This document shows, piece after piece, positions 27,450 to 33,679 of a DNA stretch of 33,679 nucleotides; position 1 is the first letter of the stretch; each line of letters begins with the position of its first letter. The DNA lies in the IMG/VR virus record IMGVR_UViG_2541047882_000006. One strand, given 5' to 3'. A program made the position numbers and the translations under genes. Under the pieces are notes generated by a model. It was given only the letters and a program-made list of their open reading frames with translations. It did no database searches and was not told the DNA's origin. Source of the stretch: a virus. Its lineage: Duplodnaviria; Heunggongvirae; Uroviricota; Caudoviricetes.

Positions 27450-27671
27450 ATGATTGCACATCACTTCGGAACTGATGAAATACCACGTCAGTGTGTGACT
27501 CCTGGCGATTATGTTCTTCATGAAGGCCGGACATATATTGCCTCGGCAAACAATATTAAAAAGCGAAAACTATATATTCGTAACCTGACCACAAAAACAT
27601 GCATTACTGACCGCATGATTAAAGTCTTCCTCGGTCGTGATGGTTTACCTGTAAAGGCGGAGTCATGGTGA
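27450..27671 (+). CDS. kilR: killing protein KilR (cell-division inhibitor)
   Basis: Track ORF 27438-27671; start at [14 protein letters not shown] gives the 73-aa K-12 KilR. Confidence 0.85.
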   Translation: MIAHHFGTDEIPRQCVTPGDYVLHEGRTYIASANNIKKRKLYIRNLTTKTCITDRMIKVFLGRDGLPVKAESW

Positions 27672-27841
27672 TGACTAAGAAAATAAAATGTGCTTACCAC
27701 CTTTGCAAAAAAGACGTTGAAGAAAGCAAAGCTATTGAAAGAATGCTTCACTTCATGCACGGGATTTTATCAAAAGACGAACCGAGAAAATATTGCAGTG
27801 AAGCTTGTGCCGAAAAAGACCAGATGGCACATGAACTTTAA
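27671..27841 (+). CDS. ydaE: small Cys-rich protein YdaE (56 aa)
   Basis: ATG overlaps the kilR stop (TGATGA); translates [56 protein letters not shown] (C-x4-C ... C-x3-C). Below the track cutoff. Confidence 0.7.
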   Translation: MTKKIKCAYHLCKKDVEESKAIERMLHFMHGILSKDEPRKYCSEACAEKDQMAHEL

Positions 27842-27915
27842 TTAATTGACTATTCGAAACTGAATTTATGCCAGAAATGGCAGGTATTCGCTCAACCTTA
27901 ATTAAGGAGAAAAAC

Positions 27916-28191
27916 ATGATTACCAATTATGAAGCCACTGTTGTAACTACCGATGACATTGTTCACGAGGTGAATCTGGAAGGAAAGCGCATTGGCTACG
28001 TAATTAAAACAGAAAATAAAGAAACCCCATTCACTGTGGTTGATATCGATGGTCCATCAGGCAACGTAAAAACACTTGATGAAGGTGTCAAAAAAATGTG
28101 CCTGGTGCATATCGGAAAGAATCTGCCCGCAGAAAAAAAAGCCGAATTTCTGGCAACTCTAATTGCAATGAAATTAAAAGATGAAATCTGA
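27916..28191 (+). CDS. racC: RacC
   Basis: Track ORF 27868-28191; start at MITNYEATVVTT preceded by AAGGAG; 91 aa, recognised as K-12 RacC. Confidence 0.8.
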   Translation: MITNYEATVVTTDDIVHEVNLEGKRIGYVIKTENKETPFTVVDIDGPSGNVKTLDEGVKKMCLVHIGKNLPAEKKAEFLATLIAMKLKDEI

Positions 28192-28292
28192 AAGAAATAG
28201 CCTGCGTATGGCGCAGGCTATGAACAGTGTGTATCCGGCAAGATCATTCACTGAACAAAACGAATTTTAATCTGAGTTGAGGTTAAAAAACA

Positions 28293-30893
28293 ATGAGCAC
28301 AAAACCACTCTTCCTGTTACGGAAAGCGAAAAAATCATCCGGTGAACCTGACGTCGTCCTGTGGGCAAGCAACGATTTTGAATCGACCTGTGCCACTCTG
28401 GACTACCTGATCGTTAAGTCAGGTAAAAAACTGAGCAGCTATTTTAAAGCTGTTGCCACGAATTTTCCTGTCGTTAATGACCTGCCCGCTGAAGGTGAGA
28501 TCGATTTTACCTGGAGTGAACGCTATCAACTCAGCAAAGACTCCATGACATGGGAACTAAAACCGGGAGCAGCACCAGACAACGCTCACTATCAAGGCAA
28601 TACCAACGTCAACGGCGAAGACATGACTGAGATTGAGGAGAATATGCTACTCCCAATTTCTGGCCAGGAACTGCCCATTCGTTGGCTTGCTCAACACGGC
28701 AGCGAAAAACCGGTAACGCACGTTTCACGCGACGGACTCCAGGCATTACACATTGCTCGGGCTGAAGAACTACCGGCTGTTACTGCCCTGGCTGTTTCCC
28801 ACAAAACCAGCCTGCTCGACCCGCTGGAAATTCGCGAACTCCACAAACTGGTTCGTGACACTGACAAAGTTTTCCCTAATCCTGGTAATTCAAACCTGGG
28901 ACTGATAACTGCTTTTTTCGAAGCATACCTGAACGCTGACTACACCGATCGAGGACTGCTGACAAAAGAGTGGATGAAGGGTAATCGTGTTTCACACATC
29001 ACTCGCACGGCTTCCGGTGCTAATGCTGGCGGCGGAAACCTCACCGATCGCGGCGAAGGTTTCGTACACGATCTGACGTCACTGGCGCGCGACGTAGCCA
29101 CTGGCGTACTGGCCCGTTCAATGGATCTGGACATCTATAACCTTCATCCGGCACACGCTAAACGCATTGAGGAAATTATCGCTGAAAATAAACCGCCCTT
29201 TTCTGTTTTCCGCGACAAATTCATCACCATGCCTGGCGGGTTGGATTATTCCCGCGCCATCGTGGTTGCGTCCGTAAAAGAAGCACCAATTGGGATCGAG
29301 GTCATCCCCGCGCACGTCACTGAATATCTGAACAAAGTACTGACTGAAACCGATCATGCCAACCCTGATCCGGAAATCGTGGATATTGCCTGCGGTCGCT
29401 CCTCTGCCCCGATGCCGCAGCGAGTAACAGAAGAAGGAAAACAGGATGATGAAGAAAAACCGCAACCATCTGGAACAACGGCAGTTGAACAGGGAGAGGC
29501 TGAAACAATGGAACCGGACGCAACTGAACATCATCAGGACACGCAGCCGCTGGATGCTCAGTCACAGGTAAATTCTGTTGATGCGAAATATCAGGAACTG
29601 CGGGCAGAACTCCATGAAGCCCGGAAAAACATTCCATCAAAAAATCCTGTCGATGCCGATAAATTGCTTGCTGCATCACGTGGTGAATTTGTTGACGGAA
29701 TTAGCGACCCGAACGATCCGAAATGGGTAAAGGGGATCCAGACTCGCGATTGTGTGTACCAGAACCAGCCAGAAACGGAAAAAACCAGCCCAGATATGAA
29801 TCAACCTGAGCCAGTAGTGCAACAGGAACCGGAAATAGCCTGCAATGCCTGCGGCCAGACTGGCGGGGATAACTGCCCTGACTGTGGTGCGGTGATGGGC
29901 GACGCAACATACCAGGAAACATTCGATGAAGAGAGTCAGGTTGAAGCTAAGGAAAATGATCCGGAGGAAATGGAAGGCGCTGAACATCCGCACAATGAGA
30001 ATGCTGGCAGCGATCCGCATCGCGATTGCAGTGATGAAACTGGCGAAGTCGCAGATCCCGTAATCGTAGAAGACATAGAGCCAGGTATTTATTACGGAAT
30101 TTCGAATGAGAATTACCACGCGGGTCCCGGTATCAGTAAGTCTCAGCTCGATGACATTGCTGATACTCCGGCACTATATTTGTGGCGTAAAAATGCCCCC
30201 GTGGACACCACAAAGACAAAAACGCTCGATTTAGGAACTGCTTTCCACTGCCGGGTACTTGAACCGGAAGAATTCAGTAACCGCTTTATCGTAGCACCTG
30301 AATTTAACCGCCGTACAAACGCCGGAAAAGAAGAAGAGAAAGCGTTTCTGATGGAATGCGCAAGCACAGGAAAAACGGTTATCACTGCGGAAGAAGGCCG
30401 GAAAATTGAACTCATGTATCAAAGCGTTATGGCTTTGCCGCTGGGGCAATGGCTTGTTGAAAGCGCCGGACACGCTGAATCATCAATTTACTGGGAAGAT
30501 CCTGAAACAGGAATTTTGTGTCGGTGCCGTCCGGACAAAATTATCCCTGAATTTCACTGGATCATGGACGTGAAAACTACGGCGGATATTCAACGATTCA
30601 AAACCGCTTATTACGACTACCGCTATCACGTTCAGGATGCATTCTACAGTGACGGTTATGAAGCACAGTTTGGAGTGCAGCCAACTTTCGTTTTTCTGGT
30701 TGCCAGCACAACTATTGAATGCGGACGTTATCCGGTTGAAATTTTCATGATGGGCGAAGAAGCAAAACTGGCAGGTCAACAGGAATATCACCGCAATCTG
30801 CGAACCCTGTCTGACTGCCTGAATACCGATGAATGGCCAGCTATTAAGACATTATCACTGCCCCGCTGGGCTAAGGAATATGCAAATGACTAA
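28293..30893 (+). CDS. recE: exodeoxyribonuclease VIII (RecE)
   Basis: 866-aa track ORF, same length as K-12 RecE; C-terminal nuclease domain; 3' end overlaps the recT start. Confidence 0.95.
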   Translation: MSTKPLFLLRKAKKSSGEPDVVLWASNDFESTCATLDYLIVKSGKKLSSYFKAVATNFPVVNDLPAEGEIDFTWSERYQLSKDSMTWELKPGAAPDNAHYQGNTNVNGEDMTEIEENMLLPISGQELPIRWLAQHGSEKPVTHVSRDGLQALHIARAEELPAVTALAVSHKTSLLDPLEIRELHKLVRDTDKVFPNPGNSNLGLITAFFEAYLNADYTDRGLLTKEWMKGNRVSHITRTASGANAGGGNLTDRGEGFVHDLTSLARDVATGVLARSMDLDIYNLHPAHAKRIEEIIAENKPPFSVFRDKFITMPGGLDYSRAIVVASVKEAPIGIEVIPAHVTEYLNKVLTETDHANPDPEIVDIACGRSSAPMPQRVTEEGKQDDEEKPQPSGTTAVEQGEAETMEPDATEHHQDTQPLDAQSQVNSVDAKYQELRAELHEARKNIPSKNPVDADKLLAASRGEFVDGISDPNDPKWVKGIQTRDCVYQNQPETEKTSPDMNQPEPVVQQEPEIACNACGQTGGDNCPDCGAVMGDATYQETFDEESQVEAKENDPEEMEGAEHPHNENAGSDPHRDCSDETGEVADPVIVEDIEPGIYYGISNENYHAGPGISKSQLDDIADTPALYLWRKNAPVDTTKTKTLDLGTAFHCRVLEPEEFSNRFIVAPEFNRRTNAGKEEEKAFLMECASTGKTVITAEEGRKIELMYQSVMALPLGQWLVESAGHAESSIYWEDPETGILCRCRPDKIIPEFHWIMDVKTTADIQRFKTAYYDYRYHVQDAFYSDGYEAQFGVQPTFVFLVASTTIECGRYPVEIFMMGEEAKLAGQQEYHRNLRTLSDCLNTDEWPAIKTLSLPRWAKEYAND

Positions 30894-31695
30894 GCAACCA
30901 CCAATCGCAAAAGCCGATCTGCAAAAAACTCAGGGAAACCGTGCACCAGCAGCAGTTAAAAATAGCGACGTGATTAGTTTTATTAACCAGCCATCAATGA
31001 AAGAGCAACTGGCAGCAGCTCTTCCACGCCATATGACGGCTGAACGTATGATCCGTATCGCCACCACAGAAATTCGTAAAGTTCCGGCGTTAGGAAACTG
31101 TGACACTATGAGTTTTGTCAGTGCGATCGTACAGTGTTCACAGCTCGGACTTGAGCCAGGTAGCGCCCTCGGTCATGCATATTTACTGCCTTTTGGTAAT
31201 AAAAACGAAAAGAGCGGTAAAAAGAACGTTCAGCTAATCATTGGCTATCGCGGCATGATTGATCTGGCTCGCCGTTCTGGTCAAATCGCCAGCCTGTCAG
31301 CCCGTGTTGTCCGTGAAGGTGACGAGTTTAGCTTCGAATTTGGCCTTGATGAAAAGTTAATACACCGCCCGGGAGAAAACGAAGATGCCCCGGTTACCCA
31401 CGTCTATGCTGTCGCAAGACTGAAAGACGGAGGTACTCAGTTTGAAGTTATGACGCGCAAACAGATTGAGCTGGTGCGCAGCCTGAGTAAAGCTGGTAAT
31501 AACGGGCCGTGGGTAACTCACTGGGAAGAAATGGCAAAGAAAACGGCTATTCGTCGCCTGTTCAAATATCTGCCCGTATCAATTGAGATCCAGCGTGCAG
31601 TATCAATGGATGAAAAGGAACCACTGACAATCGATCCTGCAGATTCCTCTGTATTAACCGGGGAATACAGTGTAATCGATAATTCAGAGGAATAA
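30886..31695 (+). CDS. recT: single-strand annealing recombinase RecT
   Basis: Track ORF 30829-31695; start at [18 protein letters not shown] gives 269 aa as in K-12 RecT; overlaps the recE stop by 8 nt (ATGACTAA). Confidence 0.95.
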   Translation: MTKQPPIAKADLQKTQGNRAPAAVKNSDVISFINQPSMKEQLAAALPRHMTAERMIRIATTEIRKVPALGNCDTMSFVSAIVQCSQLGLEPGSALGHAYLLPFGNKNEKSGKKNVQLIIGYRGMIDLARRSGQIASLSARVVREGDEFSFEFGLDEKLIHRPGENEDAPVTHVYAVARLKDGGTQFEVMTRKQIELVRSLSKAGNNGPWVTHWEEMAKKTAIRRLFKYLPVSIEIQRAVSMDEKEPLTIDPADSSVLTGEYSVIDNSEE

Positions 31696-31751
31696 TTCAG
31701 CCTGGCGGTGTAATGCACCGCCAACTTGAAATATTTTTTATGAGAAAAATT

Positions 31752-31946
31752 ATGAGATATGACAATGTTAAACCATGTCCATTTTGTGGTTGTCCATCAG
31801 TAACGGTGAAAGCCATTTCAGGATATTACCGAGCGAAGTGTAACGGATGCGAATCCCGAACCGGTTATGGTGGAAGTGAAAAAGAAGCACTCGAAAGATG
31901 GAATAAACGAACCACTGGAAATAATAATGGAGGTGTTCATGTATAA
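31752..31946 (+). CDS. ralR: restriction alleviation protein / type I toxin RalR (Lar)
   Basis: Track ORF 31713-31946; start at MRYDNVKPCPFCGCPSVTVKA gives the 64-aa K-12 RalR; Cys-rich. Confidence 0.85.
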   Translation: MRYDNVKPCPFCGCPSVTVKAISGYYRAKCNGCESRTGYGGSEKEALERWNKRTTGNNNGGVHV

Positions 31947-32148
31947 AATTACCGCCACTATTGAAAAGGAAGGTGGCACTCCTACTAACTGGACAAGATA
32001 TTCAAAATCTAAACTAACGAAATCAGAATGCGAAAAAATGCTCTCAGGTAAAAAAGAAGCAGGCGTTTCCAGAGAGCAGAAAGTAAAACTGATAAATTTT
32101 AATTGCGAGAAACTTCAGTCCTCGAGAATTGCATTGTATTCAAATTAA
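31939..32148 (+). CDS. ydaC: YdaC
   Basis: Track ORF 31867-32148; start at MYKITATIEKEGG preceded by GGAGG; overlaps the ralR stop. Confidence 0.7.
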   Translation: MYKITATIEKEGGTPTNWTRYSKSKLTKSECEKMLSGKKEAGVSREQKVKLINFNCEKLQSSRIALYSN

Positions 32149-32226
32149 AACTTCATAGCTGATTATTAATAATCAACATCGGGCGTCAATTTCAGTCTAA
32201 CATTGGCGCCTGCCAGAGGTGATGCG

Positions 32227-32442
32227 ATGGCACAAGTAATCTTTAATGAAGAGTGGATGGTTGAATACGGCCTGATGCTTCGCACTGGTCTGGGGGCCAG
32301 ACAAATTGAAGCATACCGCCAGAACTGTTGGGTGGAGGGCTTCCACTTCAAACGAGTATCTCCTTTAGGTAAGCCAGACAGCAAACGAGGGATTATCTGG
32401 TACAACTATCCAAAGATAAATCAGTTTATCAAAGACTCATGA
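32227..32442 (+). CDS. xisR: excisionase (XisR / YdaQ)
   Basis: Track ORF 32203-32442; start at [15 protein letters not shown]; lies immediately upstream of the integrase gene. Confidence 0.75.
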   Translation: MAQVIFNEEWMVEYGLMLRTGLGARQIEAYRQNCWVEGFHFKRVSPLGKPDSKRGIIWYNYPKINQFIKDS

Positions 32443-32443
32443 T

Positions 32444-33679
32444 ATGTCTAAATTACCAACAGGTGTCGAGATTAGAGGTAGATACATTCGCATCTGGTTC
32501 ATGTTTCGAGGAAAACGATGTCGGGAAACATTAAAAGGCTGGGAGATTACAAACAGTAATATTAAAAAGGCCGGAAATTTAAGAGCGCTGATAGTTCATG
32601 AAATAAACTCCGGTGAATTTGAGTATTTAAGACGTTTTCCCCAGTCCAGCACTGGGGCAAAAATGGTGACAACGAGAGTCATAAAAACGTTCGGAGAGCT
32701 TTGTGATATCTGGACAAAAATTAAAGAGACAGAGTTAACAACAAACACAATGAAGAAAACGAAATCACAATTAAAAACACTCAGAATAATAATTTGTGAA
32801 AGTACCCCGATATCACATATTCGTTATAGCGATATCTTAAACTACCGGAATGAACTGCTGCATGGAGAAACGCTTTACCTGGATAATCCAAGATCCAACA
32901 AAAAAGGAAGAACCGTGCGCACAGTTGATAACTATATCGCCCTGCTCTGTTCGCTGTTGCGTTTTGCGTATCAGTCGGGATTTATATCAACCAAACCATT
33001 TGAAGGAGTAAAAAAATTACAGCGAAACAGAATAAAGCCTGATCCGTTATCTAAAACAGAATTCAATGCATTAATGGAAAGTGAAAAAGGACAGAGCCAG
33101 AACTTGTGGAAATTTGCCGTTTACTCAGGACTTCGTCACGGGGAACTGGCAGCTCTGGCGTGGGAGGATGTGGATCTCGAAAAGGGAATAGTGAATGTCA
33201 GAAGAAACCTGACGATACTTGATATGTTCGGTCCCCCAAAAACAAATGCCGGGATCCGAACAGTAACACTACTGCAGCCTGCTCTTGAAGCACTGAAGGA
33301 GCAATACAAACTGACCGGGCATCATCGCAAAAGCGAAATCACCTTTTATCATCGGGAGTACGGCAGAACCGAAAAGCAAAAACTGCATTTTGTTTTCATG
33401 CCCAGGGTGTGTAACGGAAAACAAAAACCTTATTACTCGGTAAGCAGTTTGGGGGCAAGGTGGAATGCAGCAGTAAAACGTGCTGGTATTCGCCGCCGTA
33501 ATCCGTACCATACGCGACATACTTTTGCCTGCTGGCTGTTGACGGCAGGAGCGAACCCGGCATTTATAGCCAGCCAAATGGGGCATGAAACTGCGCAGAT
33601 GGTGTATGAAATTTACGGTATGTGGATTGATGACATGAACGACGAACAGATAGCCATGTTGAATGCGCGGTTATCGTAG
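32444..33679 (+). CDS. intR: tyrosine site-specific integrase IntR
   Basis: 411-aa track ORF, same length as K-12 IntR; C-terminal catalytic region (HTRHTFACWLL, HETAQMVYEIYG); the window ends at its stop codon. Confidence 0.9.
   Translation: MSKLPTGVEIRGRYIRIWFMFRGKRCRETLKGWEITNSNIKKAGNLRALIVHEINSGEFEYLRRFPQSSTGAKMVTTRVIKTFGELCDIWTKIKETELTTNTMKKTKSQLKTLRIIICESTPISHIRYSDILNYRNELLHGETLYLDNPRSNKKGRTVRTVDNYIALLCSLLRFAYQSGFISTKPFEGVKKLQRNRIKPDPLSKTEFNALMESEKGQSQNLWKFAVYSGLRHGELAALAWEDVDLEKGIVNVRRNLTILDMFGPPKTNAGIRTVTLLQPALEALKEQYKLTGHHRKSEITFYHREYGRTEKQKLHFVFMPRVCNGKQKPYYSVSSLGARWNAAVKRAGIRRRNPYHTRHTFACWLLTAGANPAFIASQMGHETAQMVYEIYGMWIDDMNDEQIAMLNARLS

Noticed and set aside
28940-30791. Several minus-strand ORFs (64-147 aa) inside recE
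   Set aside because: Antisense shadow ORFs within a well-supported 866-aa gene; hydrophobic or low-complexity translations typical of out-of-frame reading.
1-33679. CRISPR arrays or rRNA genes
   Set aside because: No regularly spaced direct repeats with unique spacers and no rRNA-like conserved stretches were seen anywhere in the window.

Overview
This window is most of a Rac-like lambdoid cryptic prophage of Escherichia coli, in reverse orientation to the usual K-12 map, and its strongest candidate system is an AAA+ ATPase plus subtilase (S8) gene pair resembling the IetAS anti-phage family. All calls rest on reading the sequence and the supplied ORF track, with protein identities recalled from memory; no database search, HMM scan or GC computation was run. 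Coordinates of elements I located by hand (hairpins, small ORFs, repeats) may be off by 1-2 nt.

Layout, left to right: a tail block on the minus strand (tfaR, a 5'-truncated side tail fiber, a 58-codon J remnant, I, K, L, M, tape measure H, chaperones G and G-T); an IS903 copy with an intact 9-bp target duplication; two small-terminase-like genes; a ParB-like plus 310-aa gene pair; trkG; a phage 21-type lysis cassette; two paralogous lipoproteins whose C-termini resemble TolA domain III; a Q-like gene and nin-type genes; the AAA+/S8 cassette; a decayed replication region; racR and ydaS with palindromic operator motifs; then sieB, kilR, ydaE, racC, recE, recT, ralR, ydaC, xisR and intR. The window ends exactly at the intR stop codon.

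The prophage is defective: no large terminase, portal or head genes, J reduced to 58 codons, the replication module broken, and IS903 sitting in the ribosome-binding site of the tail chaperone gene. The three accessory loci worth follow-up are the AAA+/S8 cassette (19802-23195), the TolA-III-like lipoproteins in the Q-to-holin interval (15937-16911), and the ParB-like pair next to trkG (11063-12779). No CRISPR array, rRNA or convincing tRNA was seen.
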